From Ascidiella aspersa (Eukaryota), in contig OZ004608.1 in assembly GCA_963924565.1 (NCBI GenBank), forward strand, positions 6,944,001 through 7,008,000: a stretch of DNA of 64,000 nucleotides. The letters run 5' to 3'. Positions 25,387-39,592 of the stretch are shown here, one piece after another (position 1 is the stretch's first letter; each line of letters opens with the position of its first letter). The notes beneath the pieces are model-generated. The model worked only from the letters and a program-made list of their open reading frames with translations, had not been told where the DNA came from and made no database searches. A program made the translations under genes and the position numbers.

Positions 25387-28197
25387 ATGCATTGGTTCAT
25401 AAGAGCGACTTTTGTTTTGGCGCTGGTTCAAGGTTCCTTCGCTATTTGGCATCAGTTGGAAAACTTTGAATACCACATCGAAAACACAAAAGGGGAATAT
25501 TTTTCGAAAGCTTCATCAGCTTGTATTAATATGAATGGAAGTCTCGCAAAAGTCAACTCGTCGAAGATTCAAACTTTTTTAACGCAGCAACTTCAAAATA
25601 GTAACCGTAATTAATTTCCGAAGACTTGTTTTTTTTACAGTTTATATATATTCTATAATCTACCTAATTAATCAGGAACAGCATCAATATATTACATTGG
25701 ATTGAGAGTTGAAAGCAACGACACGTTTCAATGGCTGGACGGTTCGCCGTTGAATTATAAGAATTGGAAGCCGGGAGAGCCGAACGTCGGGGGCTTGTGG
25801 GGCGAAAACTGTGCAGCGATGGAGAAAAAAAAAATTTGGAGTATCCTTGGGTTGACGTGCATTGAATCAGGAAGGAAAAGTACATTTGTCAAAGAAAACT
25901 GGGTAAGTTTCTTTTTTATGCAAGCCTGGAATAGTTCTGTAGTAAACTGTGTGTTCCGTTTAAATTTAAATACAGGGCTGAATTTTAGTACTGAAAAAGC
26001 TGAATGAACTGAGAATACATCAACCTCCAACGTTATAACAGGTTAGCTAGACCTATAAGCAGTTGCAATATCGATTCTGTTTTGCAGATTAGTTTAAAAA
26101 AAAGTGTTTTATAATGCACTATACGTATTAAATTACCTTTGTTCGTGCACCCACTATGACTTTATTGTGCTCACGCAAAATGCGGACATTTTCATGCCGA
26201 TATGACTGCATAACACGCCTGAAATTATTAATTGTGCGGCAACAGAATCATTCATATACACAATATGTACATTCTGTGTTCAAACCCTTGTTAAGTCTGC
26301 AACAGACAATAAAATGAATTGCATGTTAACAAATATTAAAATTGAATCAAAGTAATGTAGTTATTTTTAAGGTATTTTTTGCTATTTATTTTCTGAAAAT
26401 AGCATTGAAATGTTGATTGATTACTTCGTCAGTTTTTAATATTCAAAGAATGACTTATTTTACTGCCAATTATTTGCATACCGTATATATTTGTGGAATA
26501 TCCTTGCATTGCAGTAAATCCAACAGTTTCCATAGCTGCTTCAATTGGTGGAGTTGTCGCATTGTGTTGTCTAACAGCAGCTGCCGCGCTTTACGTGAGG
26601 TAAGTGGGCGTTATAATAACAGCGGAAAAATACGAGAATCTTTAAAATAAAACTTTACTCATTTCAGAAGTCATTTGAGAGCGAGAAAACAACAGCCATC
26701 ATCCAATCACAATATAGGCATGTATTTGTAATACTGTTGTGTCTATATAAGTTATTAGCTCTAACATTAGCACCACTCGGCCGTAGCATATATATTAAAG
26801 CTCTTTAAAAACACAACTGTGTCAGCAAACATGAACTATCTTAGGCTGAAAAATTTTTCTAAAACAGCTTCTTTGCATTTAAAAACATAAATCGACCAAG
26901 AAAACGATCATTTTTAAAAACATTTTAAACCTCAACCGTTCTTTAGACCAGCGGTTCCCAAACTGGGGTCCGCGAACCAAATGGGGTCCGTATAGCAGTT
27001 TCAGAGGGTCCGCAAGGAGAATTAGTCTTTTAAGTTTTTAAACATTAGTCTATGTTTTAAACATTATTTGTCATCTTTAGTGTCTTTAGTTATGCTTTAT
27101 TATTCATAGAGTGTTTTATGATGTCTATTGTGACATCATAAAGCTTCTATTATGCTGTACTACCTGCTATCAGCGAATCGTTCGCATTAGTTAGAACAGG
27201 GTTGTCCAAACCCATTGGAATTTCAGCCAAATTGATCTGGTTAATTAAACCTTTTGCGCGAAATGATAACGTCTTTGTAATTTAGCGATTAGGGAGTATG
27301 CAACATCATTTTTACGCGAACATTCTACGCTTCTAAAATGCAGTTTTCTAATTAAAATTTTGTCAAAAACGCAAATTTTTTGCGCTTCGCGCACACCAGT
27401 TTTACCAGTCTCCTAACATTCGATTTTAATTACGCACAAGTTCGAAGCAAGTTTCTGGAGCGTATCGGTCTTTCGATATTACTTTGTGGCGTTATCTTTA
27501 AACCTTTCATGCCTCGACCAAACGAAAAACGTTGATCCGCTCCTGGTACGCATTTAGCCTACTTTATGTGGCCCGCAAAAAATAGGCAAGAAATATTGTG
27601 GCCCGCGATGCAGTCAACCGTGGACCACCCTGAGTTAAATGGTTGTTACATTAGAACAAATCGTGACTGCACTAGTGTATTACAAGAAATATGGGTCAAC
27701 TGACGCTTGGAATTTTATAGGGCCGCGAAATATATAAATAATTGCAACGGGTCTCCAGGCAAAATTTTTAGAAAAGTTTGGGAACCGCTGCTTTAGACCG
27801 TAAAAATGTATTTGGTAGCTTATTATGAAAGTATTATTTGTGTTTCAGAAATATATCACAGCACAAAGATAAAATTAACTCCTGAGAAACTGTTTTATAC
27901 GCGCTAATTAACATTTAATTTATTTAAAAAATAAGGGAAACCAGTGATGAAGAAGATACTGGCTACATCCACCCAACTCCGTGCTTCCTCTACAAGAAGA
28001 TGAAAACGGATACTTGCGATCCAACAAAAAAGTACCAGTCCTAGTACCAGTGGTTTGGTGAACAGGGATATATGGAACTTAACCCCACTAGCTTGCCCCA
28101 GGCAGAATGGTCAATGGTAAATCCATATGCACTGGTTGATGAATCAAATCACCCTGCTCCGGAATATTATGAGATCATCAACCCCGTTGAACAATAA
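25387..28197 (+). pseudogene. CTLR5: pseudogene of type I CTLD receptor, paralog of CTLR1
   Basis: Exon 1 (25387-25606) is intact. Exon 2 from 25676 has a +1 in the A-run at 25825-25834 and TGA at the conserved Cys codon (25863). The stalk exon has a TGA and a deletion. TM exon near 26515-26599; tail near 27936-28197 is frameshifted. Confidence 0.87.
26949..27790. mobile_element. hAT MITE in a CTLR5 intron, with a nested MITE at ~27197-27632
   Basis: TIR cagcggttcccaaact / agtttgggaaccgctg; TSD ctttagac; empty site near 3538. The inner element runs cagggttgtcca...tggaccaccctg with imperfect flanks agttagaa/agttaaat. Confidence 0.9.
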
Positions 28198-30100
28198 TCA
28201 GTTCCTGACATTCATGACATTACGCAAGATTGTTTCAATGAAAACAGAGAAACTGAATCAGTAAACCATAATTATACATTAATAACATCCAACATGTATA
28301 CCACTGGAATTGTTCCTCCAGACTTTTTAGCGATTGGTTTAAAATGTAATGGAATATACGCTATTTTTAAGCACTTATAAATACAACTAAATCAAGCTGC
28401 CCAAACATAATTTACAAATAGCATTTTTGAGTATATATCCTAATTCTTTGTAAAGTTATTTAGAACTGCTTCATTTCCGTAATAATCTTCTCACAAAACA
28501 TGAATTAAAGTGTAAAAAACTGAGAAGATTGAATAAAACAATATATGTTTATTTTGCAAGAGTTTAGCAAACCAAACGAATATCGGCTTATAACACTTCT
28601 TGGTAATGTTTAATCTACGCTGCGGCAAAATGACGCTCGCTTTCCCGTGGTAACTGATTTGATTTACGAAGTCAGCCTCAGAGCAAAGTAACACGAAAGC
28701 GCACGAAGTAATATTTTGAATTAATTTGTTAACGCCCTCTTGCGGATCTTGGCAAGGTTATAAATCATGTCTTCGATTGGTAAAATATTTTTTGGTGCGC
28801 GTTATCCGAGTTTATAATATTTTGCTGAGAACCGGTGTATTATATTACATTATGTTTTAAGAATGTGTTAAACATTTTGTGTTCATGGTTTGTTTGTTTT
28901 TCTTAACACCATTACTGAAACAAATCTTGAGTTCATCTTTTCCTCTATTTTAACTGTTAAATAAGGTGTTTGCACTGCATTCTAATGTGCTATAATTTTA
29001 ATAAACAAGACACAATTAGGCAACGTTCGTGTTATCTGATATCCAACTTAGCGAAACTTAACAAATAAATCGTCAGATGTTATTGAAAGTGCCTTCAATG
29101 CGGATAGCACCTCACTTATTTATAGATTAGGAAGAAAATAGGCAATTGTTACTGAAACTATAACGCAAGAAACTATAACGGTATAACTATAAGCGACCGT
29201 CGTGCTGCAAGACAATTCAGGATTGCAACTTAGAGAGTGTGCAGCAATTGTTGTATCTTTTATAATTTTAATAAAAGTTTGTTAAGTCCTACATGTTGTA
29301 TCCTAACCTAATTCAACTTTACATGCAGATCTATAGGAGACATTTTAAAATCAGCTCTGCTAGGGGAAATTGAGTTTTATACGGACTATATCATTACAAT
29401 AAACAGTGTTAGTATTATTTTGAAATAGTGGTTCTCAAATTATGAGAAACAAATACTGTTTAATACATATGTCGAACCAGAAGTACACAACTATAAGCAA
29501 AATGAAGTTCGTGCTGAATCAAAGGTGTATTTTATAGGACTGGATGGTTAATTCTAAGAGCATTTTAATCGATTTTGACCCAAAATAATTTAGATAAAGT
29601 TTGACCTTTTAGGCAAGTCGTAGTCGCCTTACTTATAACAATACTTTTTAATCAGCACTATTTCTTTTTTATTGTCTTGAGTTATTGCGGAAACGACATG
29701 ACTGGGAATCAAACCCGGATTTAAAAACATTGCAACAAATAGAACATGAATCAATATAACTATTTTTAGAGTGTGAGATTCACTCCTGCTAAAAATTTGA
29801 CAGTAAGGAAGACCTTAAATTTAAAACAAATATTCTACAACGCTTTTTTTGTTAAAAACACAGGCATATATTAACCAAATCCTGTGGCGTTTATCAAACA
29901 CAATTTTTAAATAACTAAAGTCAAAGGTTTTGCATTGTGATGTACAATACACAGAGAAAATATTACCTTTGTAAAAATACTTTTGACATTTGTGGTCCAG
30001 CGTATCGATTTTGTAATGTAAAGTATACATTACGTAACGTTACAATCAAGGGGTCTTTACAATTTTGGAGTAGTAGTTATTTCTTATTGATGTTTATAAG

Positions 30101-33100
30101 ATGCAGATTATAGTGGCATTTATAGTTTTGTTAACTCTGGCTGTCGATGCCTTTGCTATTTGGCATCAGTTAGACAACATGGAATACCACATCGAAAGTA
30201 GTAGAAAACGATTTTTTTGCGAGGCTTTAGCAGATTGTTTTCGACAAAGAGCAATTCTTGCAAAAGTAACGTCCTCAAGGATTCAAGGTTTTTTAGAGAA
30301 TCATTTGCGAAATATCGGAGGTAAATATTTTTTGGAGAAAATCAACTTACAACTATTCTTTACTGGGTGCGTTTCTTTTAGTAATGGTTGCAATACTATT
30401 TAGGTGTACCCACCACGCATTATATAGGACTAACGAGAGTACGATATACTAAATTTAATTGGCTGGACGGATCACGGCTAAATTATAAAAATTGGAAACC
30501 TGGAGAACCGAATGGTGACTTTCTTCTGGAGAATTGTTCAGCGATGGAGAAAAGTGGACAGGACTATCCTTGGATTGGTATAAAGTGCAGCAGATCAGAA
30601 AAATATATTTGTCAGAGACCAATTGGTGAGAATTTTTGAAGGCCCAGAAGTTGCTGCAGTAACAACTATTTTACCCTTACGGTTTCCCCCATTTGTATTA
30701 CAGTTCGCCGCATTGTTATTGGAACTCCTGCATCAACAAATACAGAATCAAAAGCTCGATTTAATAGTAAATTGCTGACCAGCCGGACAACCAGTTTTGA
30801 AGTTGTAACAACTTTAACATTTGAAACAGGTGCGTTTTGTGTTGTTTGTTAATATACGAGTCCAAAAAAAATAAAATATTTTGCATAAAATTAAATTTTA
30901 ATATCTAAGATTTTTGTTATCTGATGATATGCTGAATGTATATTGATGTCCAATAAATGATTTACTTCATATCTGATAGCAAGGACAAATATCGGGCTTC
31001 TCCCATGTTAATGATGTTTGCGAACTTTATTCATGGTTTATGATATTTGCGAATTTATTCATGGTTCATTATAAACTATGAGCGTTTTCAACACTGAAAT
31101 AAATTTTTATCGAAAATAGTATTTTAACAACCAAAGCTAAGTACGTAACGTCCAATAATAACTCACAAAAGATTATAATTCGAAATTTTTTTCTTGGATT
31201 AATTTATGGCTTAAGGCAGCAGTGGTCTCCAGCCTGTGGGTCGCGAACCAAAGTGGGGTCACCTAAAATTTTTCTTGGGTCGCCATAAATCACCATTTTT
31301 CTGTTGTTTTAGTTCGATTTTTGTATTTTGTTCCCTTTACTGTAACGTAACACCAGTAAATGTGACTGAGTACGTAGCAAAGATAAACTTTTGTTTCTTC
31401 GATATTAAATAGGTGTTTTTAGTTCTTAAGAGATGCTAGGTTACAAAAATCTCACCAAATAAATCTTTGCTTGCGGACTTCGATGCAATAAACTTACCCA
31501 ATTTTGTGAGTTAACTATTTTTTTCAGTTTTTAACCACATGGCTTTGTTTAACGAAATTCAGCACATTGAACAAATTAAAAATGAAACATCGTAAATCGC
31601 TTGGAAGTAGAGGATGACGGTTATGCTTATGCAAATGGGCTGCGTTTGTGAAACGATAGTGGACACTGTGCAGGCGCAACAAAATGCAATTAATTGTTAA
31701 AACAAATTAAATTTTTTGTTTGTTAGTGTGCTAAATATAAATTCAAAATTTAAATTAACCTTTCTAAAAGAAATCGTTTTGGTGCACATGTGTAGGCACA
31801 GTTCGATGGAAATGTGTATATTATACGCATATTCGCTCGTGTTACTTTGTTCCAGCATAGTTAAAAAAAAATTTATTCCTATCTGAAAACCAATGGGGTC
31901 GCAATGTAAATTTTGATTTTAGTTTATTTAAATTGGGGTCGCCTAATATAAAGGTTGGAGACCACTGGCTTAAGGTACGGAAAGATAATATATGTCCGAA
32001 AAACCTGTATCAACAATTAGCGAAACGTTAGTTGGAGGTTTTATGCACGAGACATCAAATTCTCAAGTAATTCAAGGGGTTTCATTGAGATTGAAAACAA
32101 CAGTTTCTTTTTATTTTTTCTTTAAAAATTGTGTAGATCAATGTTCGATATTATTTGGAATATGGTTTTGCCTGTTTGTGAAAGAAAAACGACGTATTTA
32201 CAGAACTAAATTGACGATTTTACAGATTTTACAGAAATTCATGCTAACATCATTGGGGGTGTGACTACGAAACCTTGGAAATTCACGGAATTTGCGACTA
32301 CAGGTACAAAGAAATGTGTATTTATATTTATACTGGTATTGTTATTGGCTATAAAAAAAAATATATACATTATTGAAATTTATTACTAGGTTTTTTACAA
32401 AATATTTAAAAATCGTTTGTGTTATACACTAAAAGACGCCATTTTCAAATATCACAGATATTCACCATACAGTGGAAATGAAAAGTATCTTAGTGCCATC
32501 ACTAATCGGCGGTTTCCTATGCGTTGCAATAGTTGCAGTAATTTACATAAAGTGAGTTGAATGTACAAAAACCACTAACAGACATTTATCTATTTCAAAA
32601 TAATATACAGTTATTTCTTATTTTAGAAAATGCCGGAAAGCGGGAAAACCTCAAGCTATCTCCAATAACAACATAGGTTTGTTTTTTAACATGTTTTATA
32701 TAAATATTGTTCAAAGTTATAACGTGGATGACGTATAGTCTTATGTCTGTTTTCCTGAGATCAACTATACTCTATATTTAAAGCCTAATTATAGTCATGC
32801 AAATAAATGCAAATGTTTAACATTCTGGGCAGCTTCAAAGTTTGGCCGATTAATTGAAAGCTATATTTTATTTTAAGAAGGAGAAAACAATAGTGAAGAC
32901 GAAAATGGCTACATTCGACCCAACCCTGTGCTACTATTACAAGAAGATGAAAACGGATACTTGCGATCTAACAAAGTGGTACCTGTCCAAGTATCGGTGG
33001 TTGGTGGACAGGAATACCTGGAATTAAACGCCACTGGTTTACCCGAGGCTGGAGGTTCAGTTGTAACCTCAAACGCTCTTCAAGGGGCTCCTGTGTATAA

Positions 33101-33113
33101 TAATATACTTTAG
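30101..33113 (+). CDS. CTLR6: type I C-type lectin receptor, EPN/WIG CTLD, DENGY x2 + YLEL + YNNI tail
   Basis: Exons 30101-30320, 30404-30625, 30704-30829, (decayed stalk exon ~31981-32103 presumably skipped), 32226-32303, 32458-32551 (TM ILVPSLIGGFLCVAIVAVIYI), 32627-32676, 32878-33113. The frame is open. Confidence 0.8.
31217..31967. mobile_element. hAT MITE in a CTLR6 intron
   Basis: TIR cagtggtctccagcct / aggttggagaccactg; TSD gcttaagg. Confidence 0.88.
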
Positions 33114-36100
33114 ATTTTTTTCCAAGCAAACCATTATTGCACACTTAATGCTTAACAACTAGTTTGAAATTTCGACGTTATCCAAACTGTTCATAAGGAC
33201 CCTATGAAGATCGTTAATTACAGCACAAGTTCTGTGCGATCTCATTTACGCCAGTTACATCAGTTAACAATTATCAATCATAACCTCTCTATTTGCGCTA
33301 ACAAAAAGTCATGTAAAAACCCACAGAACTGTTAATTGAAATATTAAAAAAATTATTTGGGATTAATTTGGAATATATTTTGCTCTAAATTAACATCTCG
33401 CTTAAATACTGATATTTTGCTCATATTCCGTTTACATTTGTCCTGTTGGATTTAATTAAGCCTTGTAAATAAACTCTCCCAAAGACATTTCTGCACTTTG
33501 TGTCATATATTTAAATACTATTATGCTTTTTAGGCCAGTTAATATTTAGGTGGGCAATCAATCAATATTTCTGGTCAAAAAAACAAAGTTGTTTACTGAG
33601 CAAACTTTGAAAATATCGAAACTTCCTGCAATACTAATATCAAAACTTGGTCTACTTCACAAACGGTGAACCACTGAACCGCGGTTCACGACATGATACA
33701 TCACTGACTTTTCTTACACTTGTTTCCCTAGAAATAACAAAATGTTTAATATTGTAGGAATGTATATAAATACATGTAAAAAGGCATATTTTTATGAAAT
33801 TGAAAACCATTGGCAGCAGGTTTCTGCTTGCCGATCACTGTTCCGCTGACGTGTATATTAACGCCAAAACTCAAAGTTTAAATAACAGAGTAAAACCAAA
33901 CCAGGAACATATATTTTCATAAGGGAATATATATTTCGTCTATATAGGCATCGTCAGTTCCTTAATTCGAATAAATATTGTAGGAATGACTTAATGTTGC
34001 ATTAAATCTATGGTATAAGCCACTATATGTACTGTTTAAACCATAGCTTCCCGAATAGTGTGTTATGCAAAGTATGTTAGATGTCGGGTTTGCATTAACT
34101 AACTGTAAAACAAAGCATGTAGAAATAAATAAAAAACGCTTGCTTAGCTTCTGTAAAACGTAAAGGGTGGCGACCAGTTTTGGACTTTAAAACTGCGCGC
34201 AGACTGATGACAATTTCGAAGAGCCCCGCTTAAAATCATGCTGAAGCTGAAAAATGTCGTAATGAATCAATTTAATATTAAAATTGCTATTTCTTTTTTT
34301 GTTCTTAAAATTCGTGCGAATAAACACTTGGAAATCCATTTAGATACCAACCAAAGAAAATGAAACCTGTATGACATGCAGCAGTAAAAACACGGGATTA
34401 AAAGTTTGACCTATAGTCGTGCGTTTTAAACGATTAAGGCCACGTTTGTGACCAGCGCTTTAAAATGGCCCTTTATTTGTTGTATATATACTCTATTTTG
34501 TTTAGATAGGTGTTTATCCGACTCTTGTCGACTTTTTATTTTGCTTCCAGCGCAGCCAAACCTATTCAGATTTCCAATAGCCCAACAATGAATAGCGACA
34601 TATAGAAATTAAATAAATCATAAACTGGTTAAACAAACTGAAAAGTTTCACAATACGCATCGTTTGATTATTCTTTTGCAAGTTAAGATCTATTTAGGGT
34701 GGCTGTGATTTTAAATAGTTTGACTAAGAAGTTAGAGACATGTGTATATTGCAATTTTATTTACTTTTATGCCGCGAAAGAATTTCCTACCGTGGATACG
34801 CAAAATTATCACTTTTTTTATTTTTTAGTTCCAAACATCAATAGAATTATATTAGAATTCATAATCAGCTATAAAAGTTTGACTATTATTGTAGAACGAA
34901 AATGAAAATTTCTACAAAATCAAAAATCTTCAAATTATCTGGTGTTTTAAAATTTAACGGGTCCTTTATTAGGCTTTCTAGTGCTCTTTCTTAAACAGTC
35001 CTATGTTTTGTTATAATCGTTAGGTGTCAGATATAAGTAAAATGACGGTGCTATTTTACATTGATTTTAATCGCGATAATGTATGCGGCTAGGCCGCTAG
35101 GATATTGCGACTTATTATACCGCTACAAGATACGTCTAAAGTCAACATGCAAATCTTTTTCTGCTGCTTAGAGCAGCGTTTCTCAACCGGTGCGCCATGG
35201 AAGGCTGCCAGGTGCGCCGCGAAAAAAAGGAAAAAATAGTTTAATATATAAAACATGCATTTTTACTTTTCTATTAGGCTTAGCTCATTGATTCCACAGC
35301 ACTTTCAAGTAGAAAACACAAGAATACCTACAAAGCAACAATATCTAAGTCAGATAATCCATAATGCCATATTACTAAGACCAACCGACATAATAACGCC
35401 AACTTCGCCTAAATGACCACGACAGAATTAAATCTGAAATAGTCTAGATAAAACCTAAACATGTTGAATTAAGCTCCAAATTAATCGGAATAAAACAAAA
35501 TTACGCCCAGGACTGTAGCGAAAGGGTATGGGAGGATTGGGGGACATACGTTCGACATTTGGGCGCCGCTGTTTTGTCCCCGGTTATTCGCCTCGGTTTT
35601 GGCTTATAGGCGGTAGTTGGTGGTGTTAGCAATTGGGCTAGGGTTAAAAATATTCGGGGAGTTGGTGTTAGTTGTGGATGGTGTTTCGGGTTAGATAAAA
35701 GGTTGTATTGGCCTTATTTTGGCCATTTAGATGTGATTCCGATTTCGTCATTTTTACGCCTTTATCCCTATCCGGCTTTTATTCCGAAGTTGACGCTGTC
35801 CTTGTTTTGGTCTCAATGCTGGATCTCTTTAAAGATATGCAACTATAAAGCCTATATAATAAAAAATTTCAAGCAAGGTGCTGGTTCAAAGTGCTTTGCT
35901 ATTTGAGCTGAACTTTTTGAATATCAGCTTAAAAGCAAAATAACTATATATTGGCTTGTTTTTAATTGAATGTAACTCCGGCAAAAGCCAAATCATCAAA
36001 GCTACAAACAACGTTTTACCTCCGCAATTGTCCTATGTTATCGGTAGACAAATTCTTTATCATATATAGAAGGGCTTGACTTTTTAAAAACCCTGATATG

Positions 36101-37022
36101 TTACAATTTCTGCTTTAATAATCCAGTCACGCCAACAGCACTATATATTTGATTTTAAAATGAAAACAACAACCGGTTTTCAAATGTTTCGAAGTTTTGC
36201 GGTTAAATTACACTAATTTGGAGCCGGGAGAGCCAATTGTTACTTGAGTAAAATGGAAACAGATACATTCGATTCAGGAAAAAGTATACCGGTGTTTTTT
36301 TCTTTTGCAAATCAACGGTAAATCACGGATGTTATTTAAAGTGGTTCAAAAACGTCAGAGCGCATAGATGAATTTCTATAATAGTAACCTTGCTATTACC
36401 GTTGCACAAATGACGGATATTACCTCATAGCTTTAAAGTTTCTCAGAAAGTAAGAAGAGCCGATTGTTTTATTATGTGGAAGCTAAAAACGTACATCGTT
36501 TCTACAAGTAAATGCTGGATTGCATGCGCACTGCTTTGTTTTGCGACAATTAATAAACATTTTATAATGTTAGCAGAAGACTTGAAATGTTAGTGTTGAA
36601 GTTATTCAAATGGTTGAAGATCCACCGTGATTTTTTTTCAGGCATGCAGATCACCTACAGGTATTCATAATAACCGAGCTTTACTGTGAAGATGAACTGT
36701 ATTATTTGAAACTAAAATTTGCGATAACCCCGAAGAGTTTTCGATTTGTACCTGTCGAAAAAAATGCTGACATTCGATTAAAATTACAAACAAATTTATA
36801 GTAAATTTTAACCAATCACCAACCCGGATTACTTTTGAAAAAAACCTCACTATTAGTCCCTCACAGATTTCGCTGAATTTGGTGAAAGCGCGTAATGTCA
36901 CAGAAGGTAACTAAAGAGGTAGTTTTATATCTTACCAATATATCTAAATGCACTAATATTGTGCTTATGCAGGTCAAGTTTTAGGGCTTATCAGAGGATA
37001 CCTCTGTAAGGCGAAATTTAGA

Positions 37023-39592
37023 ATGCATAGTTACGTTACTTTACTATCTATTATTTTATCTTTCGTTCGAAGTGAATTTGCTGTTTGGCATCAGTTGGAT
37101 AACCTTGAATACCACATCGAAAGCAAAAAAGAACTAAAATTTGTCAAGGCTTCTGCAGATTGTGTTGAGTTAAATGGAACTCTAGCCAAAGTCAACTCGT
37201 CAAAGATTCAAACATTCTTAACGCAGAAACTTCAAAAGATTAACGGTAATTCATTAGCCTATAATATATCCATTTTAACAGTCATAGTGTGTTGTCAATG
37301 TTTGCTTTGTTGTAAGTTGGTTTGTTATATTTAGCTTTAGGGGCCTATTACATTGGATTGAGGAGAAATGCGAAGGGCAGATTGCAATGGTTGGATGAAT
37401 CTCATTTAAATTATACAAAATGGCAACTTGGAGAACCAAACAATAAAGATGGAGAGGAGGATTGTGTTGCAATGGAGAGAAGTGGCCAGGGCTATCCTTG
37501 GGTTGATATACATTGCAGGAGACCAGAAAATTACATTTGCCAGAAAACAATTGGTGAGTTTAATAACTTACGCTAACACTTTATTTCATATATGTCAGGG
37601 TTTTTTTATATAAAAGACAGCAAATAGTTTACCATTTTGTAAAAATATATTTACCCTTAATTACCAGGACCTAAATTGACAAGAGTTTATTGCTCAGACT
37701 TTCAACGGCAATTTGTCTGATTTTCATTTTTCTCAAAGAATTTAGTGTTTCCGATTTACCGTTGCACTTCAAATCATCCCCAGGTAAAATTGTGCTATAG
37801 ACCCAAATGCCTGTACAATCCTCTGAGACCAATGTTAAGTATAAGAGTGTAAGTTGTTATAAAATCAACCTATTTTGTCAAAACTACTCATAGGGGTTTT
37901 CAAAAATTAAATGTAATTTGCATACAGTTCAGTCCATTTTGAGTTATTGCCACAAATTATAATTGGTTTACATTACGAAGTGATCAGCGTAAACGACTGA
38001 ATGCTATAGTTTGTTTTAAAACGACTTTTATTGTTATATTTACTTAGTTTTGGTTATGAGACTTAACTTGTGACATAATTATACAATTTACATTATACAA
38101 ATGTTGCAACCATTCGTAAAACAAAACAAGCTAGTTATGTCATTATTTTAGTGTTTTTTAATTTCCTCAGAAAATAATATTCGACATGGGTATACTTCGA
38201 AAAAACAAACACTTTCCCAGGGCGACAAATTTATTAAAATAAACATTTTCGGCAAACAAGACACAGAAAATGCAAGCAAAGCACATTAAAGGAGTATAAA
38301 GGCTGAGATATCTTTGCTTTACCAGTTAAATCATGTTTATTTAAAAGAAATATACCCACTTAAGAACAATTTTGTCCACAATATAGTTTCCGGAACAAAA
38401 TTTGTAATTTTGAGACAATCAGTATTCCCGCTTAATGAAATTCGGAACAATAATGAAAATGCAACGCAATTTTCCGTAAGAGACCATTTTTTATATATAG
38501 ACCAAGCGTATTTCGACGAGACGACTTTGGAAATCACAAGGAGTTATACCATTTCAACAGAATCAGGATCGAAAGGTGAATAAACGAATTTCAGATATAT
38601 TTATCGGTAAAGTACATTGCAACCTTGATTCGACAGCCAAATTTAGTGTGTACGTTTTAGATTGAGCCCAAGTAGAGGTAAAATCTTGCTTGCATTTTAA
38701 GTGCTATTGCAACTGATAAATACGGGTATATTTTGCAGTGGGCAGCACAACATTGTCTTCCATTCAGTATGAGGGATGCCTATCCACTATACTAACCGCT
38801 TCGATCGCCGGATTTATGCTTCTTTGCTGCGTAGTTTTTGTTGCTGTGTATTTGTCGAGGTGGGCGAAAGGCTCCGTTGATATCTACGCAGTGTTAAGAC
38901 TTACTGTGGCGTTTATTTATTGCAGAAAGCATAGGAGGGTGCGAGCGACTGAACCAGCAACAACACAACCAAACAATGGTAGCAACCCGCTGCGTTGATT
39001 GTTTTTACCAGTGTTTAATTGTTACAATATTCACAGAGTTCTTCGTTTTAATGAGAATGAATTTAACATTTTGCGAAAACAAATTTTAAATTTGAACTCC
39101 TAATTAACCCTAGGACGTTTCTTTGGTGTAGTAAAATCAACATGAAATGCAGGATTTCATATGTGTAATAAACCTTCAATTAGTTTTCTTCAACGCTTTT
39201 TGGATCTTTAAATTTCTTTCATCTAAAAACTTAGTTAGGTTGTAATGTTTGCACCTTAAGCATGACGGTAATAAAAAAGAAAAAGGTTTGACTTCTACAC
39301 AGCATGGGACTTCCTTCGGGCAAACGTATATTCTGATTTGTCTATAGACATGGATGAAGTAATAAACGATTACGAGTTGGCCGAAACTCGACAAGAATAC
39401 TCGACGTTACAACTCGAAACATCACAGCAAAACGAACAGCAATATCAGCACCTGAACATAACGCGAGTGGCTGCTGCAGCTACACCCGTTCCTTGCGTAA
39501 AAACGAAGAGGAAACTTGGAGTACAGCACGGTGAAAGGCAACTAGGCGCTATATCGACAAGAAGCGGTCTAATCCGAAGCAACACGTGGTAA
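37023..39592 (+). CDS. CTLR7: type I C-type lectin receptor, EPN/WVD CTLD, short stalk, ITAM-like tail
   Basis: Exons 37023-37245, 37335-37554, 38501-38575, 38739-38859 (TM ILTASIAGFMLLCCVVFVAVYL), 38926-38978, 39348-39592 (DYELA, YSTL-x11-YQHL). Confidence 0.88.

Noticed and set aside
35174-35800. hAT-like left end and a gggtta-containing GC-richer stretch
   Set aside because: Probably repeat fragments, but no matching TIR or TSD could be defined. The same applies to ends near 5144, 40541, 46788, 56162 and 57885.
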